From the NCBI GenBank assembly GCA_965261085.1, contig OZ253442.1, positions 768,001-832,000 of the forward strand: a stretch of DNA of 64,000 nt, given 5' to 3'. A model generated the notes under the pieces. The model ran no database searches, was not told where the DNA came from, and was given only the letters and a program-made list of their open reading frames with translations. Shown here in pieces: positions 51,037 to 60,327 of the stretch. Positions within the stretch are counted from its first letter, which is position 1. Each line of letters starts with the position of its first letter. Made by a program: the position numbers and the translations under genes. The stretch comes from a bacterium (GTDB taxonomy: Bacteria; UBA8248).

Positions 51037-51393
51037 ATGTTTGAATATGTGATCTCCAACCACGCCGAGGTACGGATGAGCCAGCGAGGGGTTCGGGGCG
51101 AAGACGTCGATCTGGTTCAGACATGCGGGACGCAGATCGGCCCCGTTGAGTGGTTTATGAGGGACTCTGATGTGAAACGTGAGATTGAAAATCTGAAGCG
51201 CACGTTCCGACAGATTGAGCGTACAGTGAAGGGCGGAAAACAACGACTCGAACGCGCCCTGAAGCGCAGGGTGCATCAGCTTGAACGACTGAGGGGTCTT
51301 AAGGTCGTCGTTGTGGGCGAAACGGTTCTTACATGCTATTGGCCCAGCGACGCGTATCAGCGTCGAGCGCGTCGAAGAGGCAGAACCGCGTGA
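51037..51393 (+). CDS. DUF4258-like small basic protein
   Basis: ISNHAEVRMSQRGV, C-terminal VVVGETVLTCY. Confidence 0.65.
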   Translation: MFEYVISNHAEVRMSQRGVRGEDVDLVQTCGTQIGPVEWFMRDSDVKREIENLKRTFRQIERTVKGGKQRLERALKRRVHQLERLRGLKVVVVGETVLTCYWPSDAYQRRARRRGRTA

Positions 51394-51501
51394 TGAATTT
51401 CCCCGTCATTCCGGCGAAGGCCATATGGGCGAACCTGCATGTACGCCCTGAACGCGAGGTGCGGTTTATACGCCCACGAGCCCCCGCCCTCCGCGTGGAG
51501 G

Positions 51502-51792
51502 CTAAAGATGCCGCTCTACATCCATGCTCTGGTGCAGGATGCGGATGATTTCCACCACGTCGGATTGCATGCGGAAAAACATCACGTGCGAGCCCACCGT
51601 GACCTTGCGGTATCCCGCACGCACCTCCTCGGCCGACCGACTGACGAGCACCCCATTGCCCAGCGCCTCACACGCCGCCTGGATGTTGCGCGTGTAATCC
51701 TCGGCTTGCGCCTCGCCCCAACGCCTGACGGTATAGTCCCAGATGCCTTCCAGATCGGCCTGGGCCGCCGGTGATAGCGTATAGCTTCCCAT
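51502..51792 (-). CDS. parE: ParE/RelE toxin
   Basis: LSPAAQADLEGIWDYT..WG..QA..Y, IIRILHQSMD. Confidence 0.92.
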   Translation of the reverse strand: MGSYTLSPAAQADLEGIWDYTVRRWGEAQAEDYTRNIQAACEALGNGVLVSRSAEEVRAGYRKVTVGSHVMFFRMQSDVVEIIRILHQSMDVERHL

Positions 51793-51797
51793 GCGGC

Positions 51798-52034
51798 TCA
51801 GGTGGATTTCTTGCGGGCGATGAACGCGTCGAAATCAAACGGCGTCGCCCGGCCGGACTCCTCGCCTTCGATGAGCGCCTCGCGGAGAGCTTCCACCCTG
51901 GCTTCGTGTTCTTCGAGCAGGCGCAATCCTGCGCGCACCACGTCGCTGGCCGAGTTGTAGCGACCCGATGCGACCCGATCGTTGATAAAACACACGAAGT
52001 GTTCTCCGAGTGAAACCGACGTATTGCGCGGCAT
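51798..52034 (-). CDS. parD: ParD antitoxin (RHH)
   Basis: [37 protein letters not shown]. Confidence 0.92.
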   Translation of the reverse strand: MPRNTSVSLGEHFVCFINDRVASGRYNSASDVVRAGLRLLEEHEARVEALREALIEGEESGRATPFDFDAFIARKKST

Positions 52035-52197
52035 GAGGATACCTCCTTCAGGCGCATCATACCAAAAATTGGTATTCGCGCAAAGGTTTCAGGTGGCGCG
52101 AGGTGGAAGAGGAGGGTGCACGTAGGGGTTGCAAATATACATCGTTCGCCATTCCTGGCACGGGTGTAATTTCGTCATTCCGGCGAAGATGAAATTC

Positions 52198-52346
52198 ACT
52201 CCCCCCTTGAGGGGGAGTCGCAGAAGCCGAGCCATTTGGGCGAAGGGTGATGCGGTGGGGGGTCGATTCTAAAATAAAAGCTCCCCCCACCGGCGCGACT
52301 GCGGGCTTGCGCCCTTGTCTTTCCGACTCCCCCTCAAGGGGGGAGT
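52198..52346. repeat. Second copy of the CTCCCCCCTTGAGGGGGAG palindromic element
   Basis: Same terminal IRs as 46295-46504. Confidence 0.85.
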
Positions 52347-52411
52347 GTATTTCACAAGCGACCGAGGAAAGAGACTTCTGTAGGGGCGACCCCCCGTGGT
52401 CGCCCGGTTTG

Positions 52412-54214
52412 CTACCCCGCACTCAACCTCTTTCTCCTGCGCGCCGTTCTGGCCTTATCCACCTCGCCCGCGTCGTCGATGGCGACGCCGTAGACCTTGT
52501 AGGCGCGCTCCTTGGTGATCCACTTCTCCTCCACGTCGTTTCGCACCTTCTCGGCGGGCCGTTCGTGCGGCGGGCCGTAGCCGCCCCCGCCCGTGCAGTA
52601 GGAAGCCACGTTCTCGCCGGGTTTCAGGATGATGTCCGCACAGCCGGGGAGATCCTCCAGAGATCCGTCCTCGCGCATGAGGAAGTTCTGGCAAACCGCC
52701 CCGTTCAGCCCGCCGAGCGTACCCTTCGAAGCGTTTATCGCGCCGTCGGACACGTATACGACCTCGAGATCCCCCCCGCCTATGGGGCCGTATTCGCAAT
52801 AGCCCGAGGGCGCGCCTATCGTCCGGCCCGCACCCTCGGTATCGGGCATGAGCCTGCGCGTCTTGATGTAGATGGGGAAGTGGAGTTCGTCCAGTTCGAT
52901 GCTGTCGACGAAGCACATGCCTGCGTTGCCCGCGTGGAGGATGGTGAGCCAGGCGTCCGTCTTGCCCGCCCCGGCGCCCCCGGTGACCATCAGGAACAGG
53001 TGGTTCACGAAGGGTTCGTTGTCGTTTCTGGGGTCGAAACCCGAGATGACGCCCATGGACGCGGGGAAAATCGGCCCGCATTCGGCCAGGCCGATACCGT
53101 CCTGAATTTTAGAGAACGCACGCTGCACGGGGTTCGTCACCCGGTCGGCGAGGTTGGTGGTGGCCACCGACATGGAGGTGGGGTGCTTGCCCCCGCCCGC
53201 GACGGAGCCATCTCGAATCAGCACGTTGACGCGGCGGAAGCTGCCCGCGTTCGTGGGCACGATGTCATCGATGCTGTTGAACACGCCTATCATCGCGCCT
53301 GTGCGCGCGCAGGCCTCGCTCAGGTTGAGGCCGCAGGGCATGGCGTCGGGGTTGTCCCTCAAATCCACCTCGATGGTGGCCTTTTTGCTGTCGATTCGAA
53401 CATGCGCGGTGATGGGGATGCCTTCTTCCGGCGTGCCGGGCACGGGGTCGTGCGTGCTGTGGGTGGTGGCCTGGCCCGTGGGCAGTTTTTTGATGGCGGA
53501 GATCATGAGCTTCTCGCTGTAGTCGAACCACTCCTTCGAGAAGTCGTGCAGCGTCTCCCAGCCGTATTCATCCCCCATGGCGAGCACCTCGCGCTCGCCG
53601 ATTCGCGCAGCGCCTATCATGGCGAGGTAATCGCCGTACCATTGCTCGGGCACGCGGATGCGCATCCGGCAGAAATTGATGAAATCCTCGTTGTTCTCGA
53701 AGTTTTCCTGCACCTTGGTGGGCGGGAAGATGAGCGCGCCCTCCTCATACACGTCGCGCGCGTGGCCCATGTAGGTGGTGGGCTGGCTGCATCCGCAATC
53801 CGCCTGATGGGCCTTCACCCACACGGTGAACTGGTGGACGCCCTTCGCGTCGATGACGGGCACCAGGATGGTGTGATCCGCCGGGTGCGAGCAGCCGTGG
53901 TAGGGCGAGTTGTGGAGATAGGCGTCGCCACGTTTCAAGTTCGGGTGTAAGTCCATCATCGAGCGGGCCATGAGGTCCGCCCCGCTCAGGTGGTGGATGG
54001 GGAGTGATTCCGCACCCGTCAGCAGTTCGCAATCGCGCGTCACCACGGAGGTCGAGAAATCGCGCGCCAGGTTCAGAACGCCCGAGCGGCCCGTTCGCAA
54101 GAGGGTATTCGCCATCTTGGTGGTGACGGCGTCGAAGCGCTTGTGCAGCACGGCCAGGGTGATGGGGTCTAGTTTGGTCTTTTGCTTCGCGCGTCCGGTT
54201 TTTGCTCTCGCCAT
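52412..54214 (-). CDS. Hydantoinase B / oxoprolinase family
   Basis: LDPITL, NSPYHGCSHPAD, HQAD, GGGGYG. Confidence 0.92.
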   Translation of the reverse strand: MARAKTGRAKQKTKLDPITLAVLHKRFDAVTTKMANTLLRTGRSGVLNLARDFSTSVVTRDCELLTGAESLPIHHLSGADLMARSMMDLHPNLKRGDAYLHNSPYHGCSHPADHTILVPVIDAKGVHQFTVWVKAHQADCGCSQPTTYMGHARDVYEEGALIFPPTKVQENFENNEDFINFCRMRIRVPEQWYGDYLAMIGAARIGEREVLAMGDEYGWETLHDFSKEWFDYSEKLMISAIKKLPTGQATTHSTHDPVPGTPEEGIPITAHVRIDSKKATIEVDLRDNPDAMPCGLNLSEACARTGAMIGVFNSIDDIVPTNAGSFRRVNVLIRDGSVAGGGKHPTSMSVATTNLADRVTNPVQRAFSKIQDGIGLAECGPIFPASMGVISGFDPRNDNEPFVNHLFLMVTGGAGAGKTDAWLTILHAGNAGMCFVDSIELDELHFPIYIKTRRLMPDTEGAGRTIGAPSGYCEYGPIGGGDLEVVYVSDGAINASKGTLGGLNGAVCQNFLMREDGSLEDLPGCADIILKPGENVASYCTGGGGYGPPHERPAEKVRNDVEEKWITKERAYKVYGVAIDDAGEVDKARTARRRKRLSAG

Positions 54215-54217
54215 GAT

Positions 54218-56290
54218 CTACTCCTGGAGCGTGATGAAGAGACTGCCGCTTCTCGTGCGTTCGGCCTTGGCGCCGGGGTCTATCACCACCGTGGTGAACG
54301 GCGATTCGATGATGGACGGCCCGCGCATCGCCTCGCCCGGCTTCATGGAATCGAACGCCGCCACGCGGGCGTTCACCAAGCCTTTGCCCGCGAAGTAGGC
54401 CTTGCGCCTCTTGGGCAGCGTCGTCTCATGGATAGTCTCGCGGACGAGCCTGCCCAGGTGGCCTTTTCTCAGTTTGCACCGCGCCACGGCGCGCCAGCCG
54501 ACGAACTCGACTTCAGACGAGGGATCGCGGAAGGCGAAGATCTCCTCGTGTACTTCGTCGAACGCCGCGCGCGCTCTCTCCACGTCTTTTTTCGAGCGGA
54601 ACCGATTGATGGGCAGCCCCAAATCGATCTCCCATACCTGGTGCTTGTAGCGCGCCTCGACGTAGAACTCGGTCGCGCTCTCCACCGCCCCCTTGCCGGG
54701 TCCTTTGATGAAGGCGCGGCATCGCTCGTCCAGTTTTCTCAAAACTGCGTTTGCGCCCTTGAAGTCGAACCTGTCCGTGATGGTGAAGAACATCGAGCGG
54801 TAATCGGCGTGCAAGTCGCTCATCATCGCGCCAGCGGCGGAGAGCGCAGCGCCCACCTCGGGAATCACCAGACCCAGGCAGCCCAGGCGCTTGGCGATGG
54901 CGACGGAGTTCAAGCCCGCCGCCCCGCCGCCTCCGATTAAAACCGCGCCTCTCGGGTCGATGCCCTGGTGGATGGTTATCTCCTCGATCGCGCCCACCAT
55001 GTTCTCCGTCGCAAGTCTCAGGATGGCCGAGGCCGCCTCTTGGAGAGAAAGCCCCAGCGGTTCGGCTACGTCTATCGATATGGACTTCTCGGCTTCGGAT
55101 AAACTGAGCGTCATCGCCCCGCCCAGGAAGTAATCCGGATCGATGTGGCCCAGCACCAGGGAAGCGTCCGTCAAGGTGGGGCGCGTGCCGCCCCGGCCGT
55201 AGCAGGCAGGGCCCGGTTCCGCGCCCGCGCTCTGCGGCCCCACGTGCAAGAGTCCGCCCTCATCGACCCAGGCGATGCTCCCTCCCCCTGCGCCGATGCT
55301 CTTCACGTCCACCGAGGGAAAGCCCAGAATGTGCCCCCGGTAGCGCTGGCCGATCCAGGTTTCGGGCGACATGGGTATCTCGCCGCGTCGCACGAGGCTC
55401 ACGTCATACGTGGTGCCGCCGGTGTCGGCCACTATCGCCGTGGCGGCCTTCGCGTCGGCGCGCGAAAAATGCCTGCCCGCGATGGGGGCCATCGAAGGCC
55501 CCGAACCCACCGAGTGGATGGGTGCTTCCGCGAGTTCGCCCGCGTCCATCACGCCGCCCTTGGACGTGAGCATCAAGAGCCGCCCGCCGAAGCCCGCCGC
55601 TTTTAGCCGCTCCTGCAAGCCGCCGATGTAGCGCGACATCAGGGGTTTCAATGAGGCGTCGATGCAGGTCGAAGACGCCCGGCGGTATTCCCGCAGAATC
55701 GGGTTCAGGACGTGGGAGAGCGTGAAGGGAACGCCCTGCAAATGTTTTTGCAGTAATTCGCCCACGCCGATTTCGTGCGCGGGGTTCACCGTGGACCATA
55801 AAAGCGAGACGGCCACGGCCTCCACTTCTTTTTCTTTTAATTCCTCGATGATGGCGAGAACCCCCGCCTCATCTAAGGGTTCGTACACGCTGCCGTCCGC
55901 GCCGATGCGCTCCGGCACCTCGAAGGTGAGCGCGCGGGGTATGTATGGCTTCGGAAACGGCACGAGGAAGTTGAACGGCTCCATGCGCCCGCCCTCGCGC
56001 AGCACGAGAATGTCGGGGTGGCCCTTCGTGGTGAGAAAGGCGGTCCTGGCCGTGTTGCCCGTCACGATGGCGTTGGTGGCGTGGGTTGTGCCGTGGATGA
56101 ATAGTTCGCCCTGGGCCAGGAGTTCGCCGGTGCTCGTCGAGAGCGCTTCGGCGGCCGCCTCGATCGCCGCGAGAATGCCCTCCACCGGATCGTGGGGCGT
56201 CGTGGGGGCCTTGAACATGTGGAGGCGGCCCCTGTTGTCCTCCAGCACGAGGTCGGTGAAGGTTCCGCCCGTGTCGACCGCGAATCGCAT
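54218..56290 (-). CDS. Hydantoinase A / oxoprolinase family
   Basis: VDTGGTFTD, HGTT, DTGGTTYD, IGAGGGSIA, PGPACYG. Confidence 0.93.
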   Translation of the reverse strand: MRFAVDTGGTFTDLVLEDNRGRLHMFKAPTTPHDPVEGILAAIEAAAEALSTSTGELLAQGELFIHGTTHATNAIVTGNTARTAFLTTKGHPDILVLREGGRMEPFNFLVPFPKPYIPRALTFEVPERIGADGSVYEPLDEAGVLAIIEELKEKEVEAVAVSLLWSTVNPAHEIGVGELLQKHLQGVPFTLSHVLNPILREYRRASSTCIDASLKPLMSRYIGGLQERLKAAGFGGRLLMLTSKGGVMDAGELAEAPIHSVGSGPSMAPIAGRHFSRADAKAATAIVADTGGTTYDVSLVRRGEIPMSPETWIGQRYRGHILGFPSVDVKSIGAGGGSIAWVDEGGLLHVGPQSAGAEPGPACYGRGGTRPTLTDASLVLGHIDPDYFLGGAMTLSLSEAEKSISIDVAEPLGLSLQEAASAILRLATENMVGAIEEITIHQGIDPRGAVLIGGGGAAGLNSVAIAKRLGCLGLVIPEVGAALSAAGAMMSDLHADYRSMFFTITDRFDFKGANAVLRKLDERCRAFIKGPGKGAVESATEFYVEARYKHQVWEIDLGLPINRFRSKKDVERARAAFDEVHEEIFAFRDPSSEVEFVGWRAVARCKLRKGHLGRLVRETIHETTLPKRRKAYFAGKGLVNARVAAFDSMKPGEAMRGPSIIESPFTTVVIDPGAKAERTRSGSLFITLQE

Positions 56291-56434
56291 TCCTCGCCTC
56301 CCGCGCTCACCCGCGCCATGCCCGCGCGGATGAGGTTTTTGAATCGCTATATGCGAATGGGTGATGAAATCGGGGAGCAATATATCATTTCTTGGGCGCT
56401 AGGATGCAAGGAGGTCTCCCGGAAAATGCGCTCA

Positions 56435-57115
56435 TCACGAATCGCGCACGTGCGCGTAGTACCGGCTTAAGCGATCGGCGGAGACGCCCAGCGCGTAAAG
56501 GATGCTGAGCCCCCACCAGATGATGAGGCATTTGGGCTTGCCCCATACCTCGATGCGCCGCCCGCTGGTGACGACGGGCGTCTCGATGATGGCGGTGCGC
56601 CCGAACTCGCGCATCCTCCTGCTCAGGTCCCAATCCTCGAACAGGGGCATATCGGCGTAGCCGCCCATGCGCTCGAACACTTCGCGCCGGATGAATATGC
56701 ACTGGTCGCCGAAGAAGAGTTTCGCCGTCTTGGTGCGCGTGTTGGCGCTGAAGCTGATGAAGCGGCTGAAACGATCGTCTCGATCGAAGCCGTGGAGAAA
56801 GCCCCCGCCCGCCGCGTCGCCCGCGCGCATGACGTCCTCGATTTCCCTGAGCGCCCCTGGGGGCAGGCGCGTATCGCAGTGAAGAAACAGGATCGTCTCG
56901 CCCTCTGCGTGGGCTGCGCCCGCGTTCATCTGGCGCGCGCGGCCCGGCTGTGATTCGACGATGAGGGCGCGCCCCTCCGCCACGACGCGCGTCTCGTCGG
57001 CGCTTCCCCCGTCGGCGAGGATAATCTGCTTCTCGCCCGTCTGGGCGTCGAGCATGTCCAACATGGCGGGCAGGCGCGGCGCTTCGTTCAGCACGGGTAC
57101 GACGATGGAGATCAT
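56435..57115 (-). CDS. GT2 glycosyltransferase, TIGR04283-like
   Basis: ISIVVPVLNE, DGGS.D, GRARQMNAGA, LFLHCD, FGDQ, FED, TSGRR. Confidence 0.85.
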   Translation of the reverse strand: MISIVVPVLNEAPRLPAMLDMLDAQTGEKQIILADGGSADETRVVAEGRALIVESQPGRARQMNAGAAHAEGETILFLHCDTRLPPGALREIEDVMRAGDAAGGGFLHGFDRDDRFSRFISFSANTRTKTAKLFFGDQCIFIRREVFERMGGYADMPLFEDWDLSRRMREFGRTAIIETPVVTSGRRIEVWGKPKCLIIWWGLSILYALGVSADRLSRYYAHVRDS

Positions 57116-57239
57116 CGCGTATGTCCTTCTCCTGGATTCATCTTTCCATACAAAGGCGGGGGCGATACATTTTCTAAGGCTATGATATAATGCCTCTGCC
57201 GATAGGCCATCCGATGAACCCTAACCACTGGAAACACCC

Positions 57240-58817
57240 ATGTCGATGAGCCGCATTCGAATTTCACATCTTTTCCGGTCGCGCGCAGGGGGCATCCGGC
57301 GCGTGAAGCATCTTACGATATGCCTCGTCCTTTTTGGGGTGGTGCTTTCCTCTAGCCTCGTCTTTTCGCTCTCCAGTGATCAGGAAGAGGCCATTGCCCT
57401 CTTGTATGAGGTCATGCAGAAAGTGGACGATAAGTATGCGCGCACGCCCGATTTCCGGAAAATGTACGTCGCGGGCCTCGAAGGCCTCAAGAAAAGCTCG
57501 GGCGATGGGCGCTTCGACTTCGAGGAAAAAGCGGGAGACGAGATTCTTCTCAAGGCGCAGGAGAAGGAGTTGCTCATTCGCCTCGGGGGAGACACCGATG
57601 GCGGGCTGGGCGCATTCGAGCGCGCCTATCGATTCGTAATGGAAAACGCCGGGGATTCCAAGAAGAAAAAAGGTGGACTCCGCGTCATGTACGCCGCGCT
57701 CTCTTCCATGTTGCGTTCCCTGGATCCTTTCAGCACGTTCGTCTCGCCCGAGTCCTACAAGCAGATGCGCGTGGAGTATACGGGCCGCTACGGCGGGGTG
57801 GGCGTCATCATCACGCTGCGGGAGAAGGAGCTCACCGTTATATCGCCCATCGAGGACACGCCCGCCTATCGCGCGGGTCTCAAGTCCGAGGACGTGATTC
57901 TGGAAATCGATGGAACGCCCACGGCGGATATGGCGCTTTTCGAGGTCGTGCGCCGCATGCGCGGACCCGCGGGCAAGGCGGTGGATTTGCTGATTTCGCG
58001 CGTGAGTTGGCCTAAGCCCCGCAACGTGAAGCTGCGCCGCGCCATCATCAAAATTCGAAGCGTGAAGACGGAGGTGAAAGAGGGCGGGATCGGCTATTTG
58101 AGGGTCACGGCCTTTCATGGCCGCACGACGCGGGAGCTGGATGTGGGTCTGAACGAGTTGATTCGCAAGAAGGTGCGGGGGATCGTGCTGGATTTACGCG
58201 ACAATCCGGGTGGTTTTCTCCGCCAATCCGTCCAGGTTTCCGAAAGATTTCTGCCCGATGGAAGTATGGTCGTCTTCACCCGGGGACGAAGGCGCAGCGA
58301 GACGGTGTATTTCCGCTCTCGCGGTAACGGCGTATGGCTGGGTAAGCCCTTGGTCGTGCTGATCAACAAGGGCAGCGCGAGCGCGTCGGAGATCGTGGCC
58401 GGCGCCTTGCAGGATCTGGATCGCGCCCTGATCCTCGGCAGAACCAGTTTCGGCAAAGGCTCCGTTCAGGCCATCATTCCCACCCGGGGCGCGGCGGCGA
58501 TCCGGGTGACGACGGCGAAGTACTACACCCCGCTCGGGCGCCTGATTCACGAGAAAGGCATACAGCCCGACGTCGAGGCGGGGCCTCAGCCGCTCACCCG
58601 AAAAGAGATGCGAGAGCGGAGGAAGAAGATGAAGACTTCGCTCTACAAGAAGGATAAAGAGACCGACGCCAAGAAAAAAGACGTAGTTCTCGAACTGGCG
58701 GTGGCCGTCCTGAAGGACGCTGTGAGCGCGGACGTGGAAGCGCTACGCCAGGCGACGATTCTCAGGAAGGGCGTCATGCAAGCCAGCGAAGCGGCATTGC
58801 CCACAACCTCCCCCTAG
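57240..58817 (+). CDS. ctpA: Carboxyl-terminal processing protease (S41)
   Basis: PDZ GVGV, LDLRDNPGG, SASASEIVAGALQD, FGKGSVQ. Confidence 0.92.
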   Translation: MSMSRIRISHLFRSRAGGIRRVKHLTICLVLFGVVLSSSLVFSLSSDQEEAIALLYEVMQKVDDKYARTPDFRKMYVAGLEGLKKSSGDGRFDFEEKAGDEILLKAQEKELLIRLGGDTDGGLGAFERAYRFVMENAGDSKKKKGGLRVMYAALSSMLRSLDPFSTFVSPESYKQMRVEYTGRYGGVGVIITLREKELTVISPIEDTPAYRAGLKSEDVILEIDGTPTADMALFEVVRRMRGPAGKAVDLLISRVSWPKPRNVKLRRAIIKIRSVKTEVKEGGIGYLRVTAFHGRTTRELDVGLNELIRKKVRGIVLDLRDNPGGFLRQSVQVSERFLPDGSMVVFTRGRRRSETVYFRSRGNGVWLGKPLVVLINKGSASASEIVAGALQDLDRALILGRTSFGKGSVQAIIPTRGAAAIRVTTAKYYTPLGRLIHEKGIQPDVEAGPQPLTRKEMRERRKKMKTSLYKKDKETDAKKKDVVLELAVAVLKDAVSADVEALRQATILRKGVMQASEAALPTTSP

Positions 58818-58818
58818 T

Positions 58819-59011
58819 GGGGTTGTTGAAAAAGCCCCCCTGACAAGGGGGGTTGGGGGGTTCATGGCAAGGAAGGATGGGGGGGGGAGTCGGAGGGAAT
58901 AGTACTTTACCTGTCCCGCTCGTCCTCCCTCGGCTGGAAACCAACCCCCCTGGCCCCCCTTGTCAGGGGGGTAAAGGCCATGCGCCCGACGAGGGGTTGT
59001 TCAACAGCCCC
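58819..59011. mobile_element. MITE with IS1182-like ends (193 bp)
   Basis: Ends GGGGTTGTTGAAAAAGCCCC / GGGGTTGTTCAACAGCCCC; 5-bp duplication CTAGT; internal IR CCCCCTGACAAGGGGG / CCCCCTTGTCAGGGGG. Confidence 0.85.
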
Positions 59012-59081
59012 CTAGTACGGAGTGCGCGCTCAAGCCTCTCGTTTCGGGGTCGCCCGGATGAGGGGACCTGCGATTCCCTGA

Positions 59082-59930
59082 TCATGATGTGAAGGCGATG
59101 ATGGTTCCCACCGCGGCGGCCAGCCCCAGAAACTTTCTCATCGTCATCTTCTCGGACAACCGCCAGGTGGCCAGGATTGTGGTCACGATGAAGCTCAACT
59201 GCATGATCGGCGAGACGATGGTGGCCTCGCCGTCCCTGAACGCGGCCAGCAGCGAGGTGATCCCGAAGATGAAGCAGACGGCGGTCACGAATCCGTGCGC
59301 CCAGCCCTTTTTCGAAAACTGCGGCCCCCCCTGCACCACGTACGAGTAGATGAACGCGATGGTGATGAAGAAAACCGCCTGGCTGTGCAAAAACATGATC
59401 GGGGCAACCCCGCCCGAGACGCCGAGCTTGTAGATGAAGCTGACGAGGCCGACGGCCACCATCGCCGTGACGGCCCAGAGGACGGAGGCGAGCTTGTCCG
59501 CAGAGAAACTCCCCCGGTGAAAATCCGAGAACAGAAAAATGGCGCAGCCGGTGAGGATGAGGCCCACGATTTTGGGGAGCGTGATGGATTCATCCAGAAA
59601 CCAGACCGCGAGCATGGCGGTGACGACGAAACTCATCCGGTAGATGGGCGTGCTGACGCTCGCCTCTCCGAGTTCCACGCTTCTCATGAAGCACCAGAAG
59701 CCGATGAATGTGAAAAAAGCGGTGCCTATTCCCAGGAAGGCGGGGGGCGTCCAGGCGTAGCTGCCCTCGAGTTGCGCCCAAACCCAAGTGACGGGAACGA
59801 CGATGCTCGACTGCGAAGCCGTAATCGTACCCGGCAAAATCCGGTTTCTTACCGCGCGTCCATATACGTAGTCCGCCACGCCGATCAGAAACGATGCGAA
59901 AAGAGCGAGCACGATGAACCTTGGAAGCAA
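59082..59930 (-). CDS. EamA/DMT family transporter
   Basis: About 10 TM helices, GEASVSTP, LAVWFLDE. Confidence 0.85.
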   Translation of the reverse strand: MLPRFIVLALFASFLIGVADYVYGRAVRNRILPGTITASQSSIVVPVTWVWAQLEGSYAWTPPAFLGIGTAFFTFIGFWCFMRSVELGEASVSTPIYRMSFVVTAMLAVWFLDESITLPKIVGLILTGCAIFLFSDFHRGSFSADKLASVLWAVTAMVAVGLVSFIYKLGVSGGVAPIMFLHSQAVFFITIAFIYSYVVQGGPQFSKKGWAHGFVTAVCFIFGITSLLAAFRDGEATIVSPIMQLSFIVTTILATWRLSEKMTMRKFLGLAAAVGTIIAFTS

Positions 59931-60145
59931 CCCGAATCTCTCCTAAAAAAGCGCCGCAGCCCGAACCCGTATCAGGCGTCATTCCCGTTTTCGGCGGGCG
60001 CGTTTCGTCTGCATAAAGGGTATGCCAGAATACACCTTTGATTCATACCTCCCTCCTGCTCGTTTCGCTTGGCGCGCATCCTCTGCCTGCGCCGGCCGAC
60101 CGGGGACGCGGCGCGATCGAGCGACCCCGGGCAGGATTTTGTTTC

Positions 60146-60173
60146 TTGACAGGCAGAGGCCTTCCTGTATATT
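60146..60173 (+). promoter_or_regulatory. Putative sigma70 promoter of the ABC operon
   Basis: TTGACA-16-TATATT. Confidence 0.45.
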
Positions 60174-60327
60174 GTGGAGATATATCTCGCCATGTTGCTT
60201 GCGTGAACCGCACCGGAACCACTCCGGGGGAAGGGTTCAATCTTTCTTCTCTGTTCGTGCGGAAATAGGCAGGTCCCTGTGTCCGCACTCTAAATCCACG
60301 GAATCGGAAGCTAGGGAGGATAATGTA

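Noticed and set aside
52057-52422. ORF containing HSPLEGESERQGR (also 46347-46736, 58853-59092)
   Set aside because: Translations of palindromic repeat elements
52247-53950. 567-aa plus-strand ORF and similar long antisense ORFs (e.g. 27804-29108, 42921-43970, 17849-18841, those inside the IS copies)
   Set aside because: Shadow frames of well-supported genes in high-GC DNA, with no motifs
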